A stretch of 64,000 nt of DNA from an uncultured delta proteobacterium (GTDB lineage: Bacteria; Myxococcota; UBA727; VGSZ01): assembly GCA_963775425.1 (NCBI GenBank), contig CAVZJB010000018.1:96001-160000 (forward strand), written 5' to 3'. Below, piece after piece: positions 55,762 through 64,000 of the stretch (position 1 is the stretch's first letter; each line of letters starts with the position of its first letter). The notes under the pieces were generated by a model. That model made no database searches. It was not told the origin of the DNA and was given only the letters and a program-made list of their open reading frames with translations. The translations under genes were made by a program, and so were the position numbers.

Positions 55762-56187
55762 ATGCGAGTGATGGTGTTCGTCCCCGGAGACAAGAGCTCC
55801 GAGGCGGGAGCGATGCCGACCGAAGACCTCATCGGCAAGATGATGAAGTTCAACGAGGACCTGGTGAAAGCCGGCGTGATGCTCGACGGCCAAGGGCTCA
55901 CGCCGACGTCGAAGGCGAAGCGCGTGAAGTTCTCGGGCACGCAGCGCACCGTCATCGACGGTCCGTTCGCCGAGACCAAGGAGCTCGTCGCCGGCTATTG
56001 GATCTGGCAGGTGAAGTCGATGGAAGAAGCCGTGGAGTGGCTCAAGCGCGCGCCGTTCGACGGCGGCGTCGAGGTCACCATCCGTCCGATCTTCGAGCAG
56101 GAAGACTTTGGCGCGGAGCTCACCCCCGAGCTCCGCGCCAAGGAAGATCGGTGGCGCGCCGAGGTCGATCGGCTGCGGCAGTCCTGA
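55762..56187 (+). CDS. YciI/DGPF-domain protein
   Basis: VIDGPFAETKELVAGYW. Confidence 0.92.
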   Translation: MRVMVFVPGDKSSEAGAMPTEDLIGKMMKFNEDLVKAGVMLDGQGLTPTSKAKRVKFSGTQRTVIDGPFAETKELVAGYWIWQVKSMEEAVEWLKRAPFDGGVEVTIRPIFEQEDFGAELTPELRAKEDRWRAEVDRLRQS

Positions 56188-56189
56188 GC

Positions 56190-57467
56190 ATGACGGTCGG
56201 CGCTACGCGCGAGGCCATCGAGACAGTCTGGCGGATCGAGTCCGCCCGGCTGATCGGTGGCCTCGCGCGCATGACGCGCGACCTCACCCTCGCCGAGGAT
56301 CTGGCGCAGGACGCCCTCCTCGCAGCGCTCGAGCGTTGGCCTGCGTCGGGCATCCCGAACAACCCGGGCGCGTGGCTGATGGCCACCGCGAAGAACAGGG
56401 CCATCGACCAGCTCCGTCGTCGTCAGATGCTCGACCGGAAACACGAGGCCCTCGAGCGCGACGCCGCCGGCTCGCGCACGCCCGACGTCGAGACCGCGCT
56501 GGATGAAGACGTCGGCGACGACCTCCTGCGCCTCGTGCTCGTCGCCTGCCACCCGGTGCTCTCGACGGAGGCGCGGGTGGCGCTCACGCTCCGGCTCATC
56601 GGCGGGCTCACCACCGCGGAGATCGCGCGCGCGTTCCTGGTGACCGAGCCGACCATCGCGCAGCGCATCGTGCGCGCCAAGCGAACGCTGGCCGAGGCGC
56701 GCGTCCCCTTCGAGGTTCCGCGCGGCGAAGACCTCTCCGCGCGCCTCCCGTCGGTGCTCGAGGTCATCTATCTGGTGTTCAACGAGGGCTACGCCGCCAC
56801 GCGCGGCGACGACTGGATGCGCACCGAGCTGTGCGACGAGGCGCTGCGGCTCGGGCGCATCCTCGCGCAGCTCGTCCCGGGCGAAGCGGAGGTGCACGGC
56901 CTCGTGGCGTTGATGGAGCTTCAAGCGTCACGCGCGCGCGCGCGGATCAGCCCGTCCGGCGAGCCGATCCTCCTGCTCGATCAGGACCGCGGCCGCTGGG
57001 ACCATCTCCTCATCCGTCGAGGCCTGGCCGCGCTCGCGCGCGCCGAGGAGCTGGTGCGCCCGCTCGGGCCCTACGCGCTGCAGGGGGCGATCGCCGCGTG
57101 CCACGCGCGCGCGCGGGTGGCGGACGAGACGGACTGGAAGAGGATCGTCGCGCTCTACGACGCCCTCGCGGAGCTCACGCGCTCACCCGTGGTGGAGCTC
57201 AACCGCACCGTCGCCGTGGCGATGGCGTTTGGCCCCGCCGCCGGGCTCGAGCTGGTCGACGCCCTCGGTGAGGAGCCGGCGTTGCGCAGCTACCACCTGC
57301 TGCCCGCCATACGCGGCGACCTCCTCCTCAAGCTCTCTCGCGCCGACGAAGCCCGCGCCGAATTCGAGCGCGCGGCGTCCCTGGCGCAGAACGTGCGCGA
57401 GCGAGACCTGCTGCTCGCCCGGGCGAAGGCCGCGCACGCCGCACACGCGCGCACGCCGCTGTCGTGA
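56190..57467 (+). CDS. ECF sigma factor with TPR-like C-terminal extension (ECF42-like)
   Basis: AEDLAQDA, DDLLRLVLVACHP, AQRIVRAKRTL, YLVFNEGY; follows DGPF genes. Confidence 0.92.
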   Translation: MTVGATREAIETVWRIESARLIGGLARMTRDLTLAEDLAQDALLAALERWPASGIPNNPGAWLMATAKNRAIDQLRRRQMLDRKHEALERDAAGSRTPDVETALDEDVGDDLLRLVLVACHPVLSTEARVALTLRLIGGLTTAEIARAFLVTEPTIAQRIVRAKRTLAEARVPFEVPRGEDLSARLPSVLEVIYLVFNEGYAATRGDDWMRTELCDEALRLGRILAQLVPGEAEVHGLVALMELQASRARARISPSGEPILLLDQDRGRWDHLLIRRGLAALARAEELVRPLGPYALQGAIAACHARARVADETDWKRIVALYDALAELTRSPVVELNRTVAVAMAFGPAAGLELVDALGEEPALRSYHLLPAIRGDLLLKLSRADEARAEFERAASLAQNVRERDLLLARAKAAHAAHARTPLS

Positions 57468-57519
57468 TCTGCTCGCCGATCGGACACGCGAGGAGATTGC
57501 AGCGGGCGAGTCCGCGGCC

Positions 57520-57632
57520 GTCCTCCCCGCGACGATGACCTCGTCGGCGATCGCTCGGCCCGCAGCGACCGCGGCGCCGATCTCGACAGCCTCGCACCAC
57601 GTCGGAATGACGAGTGACAGCGACAGCGACAC
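57520..57632 (-). pseudogene. GT2 glycosyltransferase N-terminal remnant
   Basis: LSLVIPTWCEA...ADEVIV, then similarity is lost where the ECF operon ends. Confidence 0.55.
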
Positions 57633-57637
57633 CGCGT

Positions 57638-59011
57638 CTATCCCGCCGGGGCGACCGTGACCACGACGTCGGCGCCGGCGCGCGCGCTCACCTCGACGCG
57701 GTTGCCGTCGACGGAGGTGTCACGTGCGATGTCGCAGGCGACGTCGCACGTGACGTCGAAGCCGTCGGGGTAGGCGCGCGCGGGGACCGCCAACACCGAC
57801 GCCGCGCCGGTCGCGCCCTCGATCTTCACCGTGAGCGTGCGCGCGACGTCGTCGTACGCCCACGACGACAGCGTCCCCGCGACGCGCTCCGGCGCCGGCC
57901 GCACCACCGCGTCCCACAGCGCGGGCTTCTCGGCGCCGTCGGCGGTGAACAGGCCGTAGCCGTCGCTCTTGCTGTCGTCCCAATACGCGGAGCCCGCGCC
58001 GACGCCGGCGAAGGCGTCGTACTCGGCGTCCATGTACGGGGCGATCCCGCCGCTGTCCGCCACGCCCCCGTACTCGCCGACCCACAACGCCGCGCCCAGG
58101 CCGCGCGCTTCGCCGGCCAGGCGCGTGAGCTTCGCGAAGACCGCGTCGCGGCTTTGCGGGTCGAAGGCGTCGCCGCTCTCCGCCGAGCTGTCGTAGGAGT
58201 GCGGCGCGTACACGACGCCGTCGAAGGAAAACGGCTCGAGCGTCGAGGGGCGGTCGACGTTGGCCATGCTCGACGGCTCGAGGAACGCCAGCCAGTGCGG
58301 GGCCGCCTTGCGCACCTCGGGGACCACGCGCTCGTAGAACGGCTGCAGCCTTTGTGGCTCGAAGCCGTCGATGGTCGACGAGCCGAGCCACGGCTCGTTC
58401 ATCACGTCGAAGCCGATCACCGCCGGCGCGTCCTGCAAGCGCTCGGCGACGTGGCGGAACGCGCGCGCGTAGTGGTCCTGCAGGTCCGCGCTGTCCCAGA
58501 AGGCGTCGAAGCAGGCGACGACGTTCGGATCGAGGTAGCTCAGGTACCACTGGTCGCTCGGGTGGAACGCCGCGTAGCGCGACTCGTCGCAGGCCCAGCG
58601 CGGGGCGCCGTCGCCGCCGGGGAAGCCCTCGCCGAACACGTCCTGGTGCATGTCGATGACGACGAGGAGCCCCGCGTCCTTTGCCCATTGCATCCGCTTG
58701 GCCACCTCGTCGAGGTACGCGTCGTCGTACTCGTCGGGCTGCGGCTCCACCGCCGCCCACACGATCAGGAAGCGCAGCGTGTTCATGCCGAGCTCGTCGC
58801 GCACGGCGCGGAAGTCCTCTTCCTGGTGGTCGTCGAAGTACGGCGCGGTCTTGTGCTTCCCCGAGAGGTTCACGCCGCGCAGGATGACCTGCCGATCCTG
58901 CGCGTCGCGGATGACCCCGCCCCGCACCGAAAACGGCGCCGGCTCCGGCGGCGGCGACGCCGGCGCACACGCAGCCGCGGCGACGAGCAGCGAGACCAGC
59001 GATGCGCGCAA
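57638..59011 (-). CDS. GH5 endoglycoceramidase-like lipoprotein
   Basis: AAAC lipobox; LRGVN, DMHQD, MNEP (acid/base), YAPHSY, VGEYG (nucleophile); TTG start uncertain. Confidence 0.88.
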   Translation of the reverse strand: MRASLVSLLVAAAACAPASPPPEPAPFSVRGGVIRDAQDRQVILRGVNLSGKHKTAPYFDDHQEEDFRAVRDELGMNTLRFLIVWAAVEPQPDEYDDAYLDEVAKRMQWAKDAGLLVVIDMHQDVFGEGFPGGDGAPRWACDESRYAAFHPSDQWYLSYLDPNVVACFDAFWDSADLQDHYARAFRHVAERLQDAPAVIGFDVMNEPWLGSSTIDGFEPQRLQPFYERVVPEVRKAAPHWLAFLEPSSMANVDRPSTLEPFSFDGVVYAPHSYDSSAESGDAFDPQSRDAVFAKLTRLAGEARGLGAALWVGEYGGVADSGGIAPYMDAEYDAFAGVGAGSAYWDDSKSDGYGLFTADGAEKPALWDAVVRPAPERVAGTLSSWAYDDVARTLTVKIEGATGAASVLAVPARAYPDGFDVTCDVACDIARDTSVDGNRVEVSARAGADVVVTVAPAG

Positions 59012-59143
59012 TGAAATCGAGGCCACCCCGTCTGCTAGCAGCGCGATCCCGGCCGGCAAACGCCCGATCCCCGCGCGCGACGCCCACGCGTCACACCCCT
59101 CGTCGCCGCGCGCGCTTGTGTCGCGGCGAGCGTCGCCGCCACA

Positions 59144-59809
59144 ATGAGCGCCGTGACAGCGATGCTTCGTCCTTTGCCCCGCGCCCTCCATGTCGTCGTC
59201 GCCGTCGTCGCCGTCGGCGTCGCCCTCGCCACGGGGGCCGTCGTCTTCGCGCCGGCGGCGGGGCGCGCGCAGCCGCCGCCCGCGGACCCCGCGGCGGGGC
59301 TCGCGGAGGAGATCGGCAAGGTCGCGCTCCCGGGCTGGAGCGTCCGGCGCGACGGCGACGTGCTCCGCGTCTCGGGGGCGGTCGTCACGCACCCCGCGGG
59401 CGCCGCCACCGCCGCCGACGTCGAGCGGAACGTGTACGCGGTGACGGTGACGGTGGCGCCGTACGTCGACGACGCGACCCAGGGCGAACGCCTCGCGAGC
59501 GCGCAGAGGGCCGAGCGAGCGCTGTGGGCCACCGTCGCGCGCCTTCAGTGTCGCGGCAAGGACTTCAGCGACCACTACGTCGACGGCTTGTGTTTCCACA
59601 CGAGGACCGCGGGCCAGGAGCGCCGCGTGGACGCGTATCGCCGCGCGCGCGAGGCGCTGCTCGACGTGCCCCGGCATCACCTCGGCGCCGCGCTCTCCGT
59701 GAGCGTGCGCGCGCGCGGACCGGAGCCGACGGACGGGGCCTGCGACGCGTGCGGCGAGATGGAGAGCCGGATTCTGAAGCTCCTCACCCCGTACCCCACG
59801 AAGCCCTGA
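59144..59809 (+). CDS. Hypothetical exported protein
   Basis: Signal-peptide-like N-terminus; GC3 bias. Confidence 0.55.
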   Translation: MSAVTAMLRPLPRALHVVVAVVAVGVALATGAVVFAPAAGRAQPPPADPAAGLAEEIGKVALPGWSVRRDGDVLRVSGAVVTHPAGAATAADVERNVYAVTVTVAPYVDDATQGERLASAQRAERALWATVARLQCRGKDFSDHYVDGLCFHTRTAGQERRVDAYRRAREALLDVPRHHLGAALSVSVRARGPEPTDGACDACGEMESRILKLLTPYPTKP

Positions 59810-59867
59810 CGCGCGCGTCGTCGCGCTCGGTTGACGGCGGTGCGTCCCGCGGCGACAAGCGGCGACC

Positions 59868-61670
59868 ATGAGGGGACGCATCTCGGTCCACCCGCGCGGC
59901 TTCGGCTTCGTCTTGTTCGACGGCGACGGCGGCTCCGCGTTCGTGCCGCCGCCGGAGCTCAACCGCTTCCTCGCCGACGACGTCGTCGACTGCGAAGTCG
60001 TCCCCGGCGGGCGCGAGGGCCGGCTCGAGGCGCGCGCGCTGGCGCTCGTCGAGCGGCCGCGCCGCCACCTGTTCGGCGCCGTCGTCGAGCACGGCGGGCG
60101 CGCGTTCCTCCAGGTCGACCGCCTCGTCGCCAACACCGACTGGCCGCTCGAGGGTGCCGCCGCCGCCGGCGCCGACGTCGTCGCGCGCATCGACGGCGCG
60201 CGCGCCGTGGTCGAGCGGGTGGTCGCGGGCGAGGAGGCCGAGATCGAGCGCCTGCTCGCGCGCCACGACCTCGCCGGCGCCCACGCCCCCGCCGTCGCCG
60301 CCGCCGCCGCCGGCGCCCCCGGGCTCGCGCTCGAGGGCAGGCGCGATCTGCGCGGCGCGGTGACCGTCACCATCGACGGCCCCTCCACCAAGGACATCGA
60401 CGACGCCCTGCTCGCCTTCCCGCCCGACGACGACGGCGGCCTGCGCGTCGTCGTCGCCATCGCCGACGTCGGCGCCGCCGTCGCCGAGGGCTCGCCGCTC
60501 GACCTCGACGCCCGCGCTCGCGCCACCAGCATCTATCTGCCCGGCCACGTGTTCCCCATGCTGCCGCGCGCGCTCTCGGAGGACCGGCTGTCGCTCCTGC
60601 CCGGCGTCGACCGCGCCGCGCTCACCGCCGAATTGCGCATCGACCCCGAGGGCGCCGTCACCGCCGTCGACGTGCACGAGGCCGTCATCCGCTCCACCGC
60701 GCGGCTCACCTACGACGACGTCGCCCGCTTCCTCGACGCCGGGGACGCCGGGGCCGTCCCCGCCGAGACCCACGAGGCGCTGCACCTGCTGCGCGCGGCG
60801 GCGGCGCGGCTGTCGCAGGCCCGCAGCGCGCGCGGCGGCAACGACGTCGAGCGCGAGGAGATCTCCGTTCGTCTCGACGAGCAAGGCGCGCCCACCGGCA
60901 TCGAGCGGCGCACCACCGACGTCGCGCACGTGATGGTCGAGCGCCTGATGGTCGCCGCCAACGAGGCCGTCGCGCGCTTCCTCGTCGAGCGCGGCCTGCC
61001 CGGCGTCTTCCGCGTCCACGACGCGCCCACCGCCGAGCGGACGGCCGCCCTCGCCGACGGCGCGCGCGCGCTCGGGCTGGTCGCCGGCTTCTCGTCGTCG
61101 AAGCCGCTGACGCCGCAGGCGCTCACGGCGTTCGAGCGGCAATTCCGCGGGACGCGCGACGAGCGCGCGGTGGAGGCCATGCTGCGCCGGCTGTTGGGCC
61201 CGGCGCGCTACACGTCGACGCCGGCGCCGCACTTCGGCCTCGCGGCGCCCCTGTATCTGCACTTCACCTCGCCCATCCGGCGCTACGCCGACCTCGTCGT
61301 GCACCGCATCCTCCGCCGCTACCTGCGCGGCGAGCGCCCCGGCGCGTCGACGGCGGCGGGCGACGAGCCCGCGTCGACGGCGGCGCTCGACGCGCTCTGC
61401 GCCACGCTCAACGACAAGGCGCGGCGCGCGGCGCGCGCGGAGAGCGAGCGCGAGCGCGTGCTCGTGGCGCGCTTGCTGAAGAAGAGCATCGGAGAGACCC
61501 GCCGCGTCGTCGTCGTCGGCAACAAGCCGCAGGGCGCGCTCGTCCAGGTCGACGGGGCGCTCGCGCTCCTGCCCGGACCAGCGCGCCCGCTCGGCCAGGC
61601 GCTCGACGTCGTCATCGCCGCCGTCGACGAAGAGCTCGGACGCATCGACGTGTCCCTCCCTACGTCTTGA
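59868..61670 (+). CDS. RNase II/R (RNB domain) exoribonuclease
   Basis: HPRGFGFV, TIDGPSTKDIDDA, HFGLA, HFTSPIRRYADL. Confidence 0.92.
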   Translation: MRGRISVHPRGFGFVLFDGDGGSAFVPPPELNRFLADDVVDCEVVPGGREGRLEARALALVERPRRHLFGAVVEHGGRAFLQVDRLVANTDWPLEGAAAAGADVVARIDGARAVVERVVAGEEAEIERLLARHDLAGAHAPAVAAAAAGAPGLALEGRRDLRGAVTVTIDGPSTKDIDDALLAFPPDDDGGLRVVVAIADVGAAVAEGSPLDLDARARATSIYLPGHVFPMLPRALSEDRLSLLPGVDRAALTAELRIDPEGAVTAVDVHEAVIRSTARLTYDDVARFLDAGDAGAVPAETHEALHLLRAAAARLSQARSARGGNDVEREEISVRLDEQGAPTGIERRTTDVAHVMVERLMVAANEAVARFLVERGLPGVFRVHDAPTAERTAALADGARALGLVAGFSSSKPLTPQALTAFERQFRGTRDERAVEAMLRRLLGPARYTSTPAPHFGLAAPLYLHFTSPIRRYADLVVHRILRRYLRGERPGASTAAGDEPASTAALDALCATLNDKARRAARAESERERVLVARLLKKSIGETRRVVVVGNKPQGALVQVDGALALLPGPARPLGQALDVVIAAVDEELGRIDVSLPTS

Positions 61671-61691
61671 GGAGGCCTCCGTCCTGACGGC

Positions 61692-62423
61692 CTACGTCTT
61701 GAAGGCGAAGCAGAGGTCGTCGGCGCCCGACTGCGGGTGCGCCTGGCCGGCGAGGCCGGCGCGGCGGGCGCGGCGCTTGTGGCTGTCGACGTCGACGCGG
61801 CGATCGCGGTCCTCGACGAGGCCCCGGCGGGCCTCGCCGTCGCGGTTGAAGGACCACGCGAGCAGCGGGTCGCCGAGCGGCACCGCCTGCGAGAGCGCGC
61901 CGCGCAGCCCGGGGACCCACGTGTGAAACGCCTTGCCGTAGCTGTTCAGCAGCAGCTTCATGAGCTGGCGCTCCGCGATCTCCGGCAGCCCCGGCGCCAC
62001 CCAGTGCCCCGACAGGATCTCGTAGTTGTGCGGGTGCCACAGCGGGCGCTCATCCTCGGGGAGCCGCTCGAACAGCGACTCCGAGATCACGTATTCGACG
62101 CCCACGAGCCGCGCGTCCTTGCCGTTGCCGTCGAAGAGCACGCACTGCATCAGGTCCTCGTCGAGTTGAAAGCAGTAGCGGTGCGTCTCCACCTGCACCC
62201 GCGGCTCCTCCTTCATCGTGTGGAAGCCCACGATGTACGCGTCGAACTGCTTCACGGGCCGGAAGCTCTGAAACAGCGCCGAGCCGCTCTCGAGCGCGCT
62301 CATGCGCCACGGCTTGCGCGGCCCCGGCCGCAGCCGCCGCCGGCGCCGCCCGAGCGCGAGCGCAGCGGCGAGCCCGGCGGCGACGAGTGCAATGATCGGC
62401 GCTCTGCGCATCGCGTCCTCCAC
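61692..62423 (-). CDS. DUF1264/OBAP-family protein
   Basis: VGFH, ETHRYC, QCVLFDG, GVEYVISE, LWHPHNYE, YGKAFHTW. Confidence 0.85.
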   Translation of the reverse strand: MEDAMRRAPIIALVAAGLAAALALGRRRRRLRPGPRKPWRMSALESGSALFQSFRPVKQFDAYIVGFHTMKEEPRVQVETHRYCFQLDEDLMQCVLFDGNGKDARLVGVEYVISESLFERLPEDERPLWHPHNYEILSGHWVAPGLPEIAERQLMKLLLNSYGKAFHTWVPGLRGALSQAVPLGDPLLAWSFNRDGEARRGLVEDRDRRVDVDSHKRRARRAGLAGQAHPQSGADDLCFAFKT

Positions 62424-62567
62424 GAGGGTCCTCGACAGACGCTACCGTCGACGTGCGCGGCGCGCCGCGGGATCGCAGAGGCGCCGCTTCGCTCATGGCG
62501 AGACGCCACGGTGCCGCCGCGCGCATGGCGAAACGGCGCAGGTGGAGTGTCCACGAGCGCGCGCGCT

Positions 62568-63116
62568 ATGGTCGGCGGGATGGACGCCTTCGGCTTCCTG
62601 CGCAGGCGCACGCTCTTGAAGCTCGGCGTGGCGGGGCTCGGCGTCGTCGCCGGCGGCGGCGCGGCCGGCCTGCTCGCGCTGCGCGGCACCGCGCCCGCCG
62701 TCGACGGGCTGCGCGTGTTGTCGGCACAGCAATACCGCACGCTCGTGAACGTCGCGCGCGCGCAATTCCCCGAGGGCGGCCCCTTCGCCGCCGGCGCCGA
62801 CGACCTCGGTGTCGCGCGCCGCTTCGACGCGTTCCTCGCCGGCGAGGGCCCGGACAACCAGGGCGACCTGAAGACCGCGCTCGGGCTCGTCGAGCTCGGG
62901 CCCGTGATCTTCGAGCGCCGCCCGCACACCTTCTCCAACCTCGACGACGCCGCGCGCGTCGAGCACTGGCGCGGGTGGTGTCAGAGCGAGCTGCTCCTGC
63001 GCCGGCAGGTGGCCACGGCGTTTCGCAAGTTCGTGCTGCTCGTGTCGTTCGACGACGCGCGCGTGTGGCCCGCCATCAAATACCCGGGCCCGTCGTTCTG
63101 GGGCATGCCGACGTGA
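62568..63116 (+). CDS. Tat-signal protein, gluconate 2-dehydrogenase subunit 3-like
   Basis: LRRRTLLK twin-Arg signal; WPAIKYPGP C-terminus; coupled to GMC gene. Confidence 0.75.
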   Translation: MVGGMDAFGFLRRRTLLKLGVAGLGVVAGGGAAGLLALRGTAPAVDGLRVLSAQQYRTLVNVARAQFPEGGPFAAGADDLGVARRFDAFLAGEGPDNQGDLKTALGLVELGPVIFERRPHTFSNLDDAARVEHWRGWCQSELLLRRQVATAFRKFVLLVSFDDARVWPAIKYPGPSFWGMPT

Positions 63117-64000
63117 GCGCGAACGAGCCCGGCGCCATCGTCGATCTGTCGGCGTCGAGCGCGGCGCCGAAGGACGTCACGGTCGACTTTCTCGTCATCG
63201 GCTCCGGGCCCGCGGGCGCGAGCGCGGCGCGCGTGCTCGCCGAGCACGGCAAGGACGTGGTGGTGCTGGAGGAGGGACCGGATCGCACCGGCGATACGGT
63301 GCCGTCGCGCGGGCTCACGCAGCGCGACGGCGAGATGTACGACCAGCTCTACATGGACCGCGGCGGCCGCTCCACGAGCGACCTGTCCGTCGCCGTGCTG
63401 CAGGGCCGCGTCCTCGGCGGCGGCGGCATCATCAACGCCAGCGACGTCGTCCCGATGCGCCCCGAGACGCTCTTGTACTGGAAGAAGCGGTTCGGGCTCG
63501 AGTGGAAGCCCCACGAGGACGAGGCGCTCGCCGACCTGCACGCCAACCGCATCCAGCCCGAGCAGCTCAACGCCGCCAACAAGCTCCTGCGCATCGGCGC
63601 CGAGAAGATCGGCGCGCGCGGCGAAGCGATGATGCACAACCGCGAGGGCTGCCTGGGGATGGGCACGTGCCTCATCGGCTGTCCCGTGGGCGCCAAGAAG
63701 AACCCGCGCCTGGTCTCGATCCCGAAGGCCGTCGCCGCCGGCGCCCGCTTCTTCGTGCGCGCGCGGGCGGTGCGCATCGACGACGCCGACAAGGAGATCA
63801 AGCGCGTCGAGGTGCACACCCTCGACCCGCTGGGCTACCGCGAGCAGGCCGCGTTCACGGTGCGGGCGCGCACGGTGATCCTCGCGGCCAACGCCGTCGG
63901 CTCCGCGCACCTCGCCGTGCGCAGCGGCATCGGCAACGAGCACGTCGGGCGGCACCTCTCGCTGCAGCCGCAGTTGCCGGTGGTGGCGCACTTTCGCGAC
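63113..64000 (+). CDS. GMC-family oxidoreductase (runs off window end)
   Basis: DFLVIGSGPAG FAD motif, QGRVLGGGGIIN, CLGMGTCLIGCP, VGRHLSLQP. Confidence 0.9.
   Translation, partial: MSANEPGAIVDLSASSAAPKDVTVDFLVIGSGPAGASAARVLAEHGKDVVVLEEGPDRTGDTVPSRGLTQRDGEMYDQLYMDRGGRSTSDLSVAVLQGRVLGGGGIINASDVVPMRPETLLYWKKRFGLEWKPHEDEALADLHANRIQPEQLNAANKLLRIGAEKIGARGEAMMHNREGCLGMGTCLIGCPVGAKKNPRLVSIPKAVAAGARFFVRARAVRIDDADKEIKRVEVHTLDPLGYREQAAFTVRARTVILAANAVGSAHLAVRSGIGNEHVGRHLSLQPQLPVVAHFRD

Overview
Very GC-rich bacterial DNA with a myxobacterial (Myxococcota-like) gene content. 1-11.7 kb is a retron locus of the myxobacterial Mx162/Sa163 kind (type XIII): a HEAT-repeat gene, a giant WD40+HEAT gene ending in a poly-Asp/(DDN)14 tail, a SWIM-Zn-finger/WGR gene, a clearly foldable msr-msd RNA (10017-10284) and a retron RT. 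Between the SWIM/WGR gene and msr lies an extra ~120-nt rod-shaped RNA plus an intrinsic terminator that has a mutually exclusive antiterminator pairing, i.e. a candidate attenuator or second ncRNA gating the retron. This is the most unusual signal I see. 19.4-32.9 kb is a decayed Rhs polymorphic-toxin island with two repeated Xer-like recombinase/RHH-RelE(ParE) TA/77-bp units, palindromic sites, orphan toxin-immunity pairs and nested IS elements, bracketed by an ~870-bp diverged duplication of a host gene. The rest holds gatB (1-bp frameshift), an ApbE/MsrQ-like operon, giant Cys-rich/IPT surface proteins, an ElbD-like lipid enzyme, an ECF42-DGPF module, GH5, an RNase II/R protein and a GMC oxidoreductase pair, plus two families of dispersed hairpin repeats. 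Coordinates and pairings were read by eye; family assignments come from motif recognition, not database searches.
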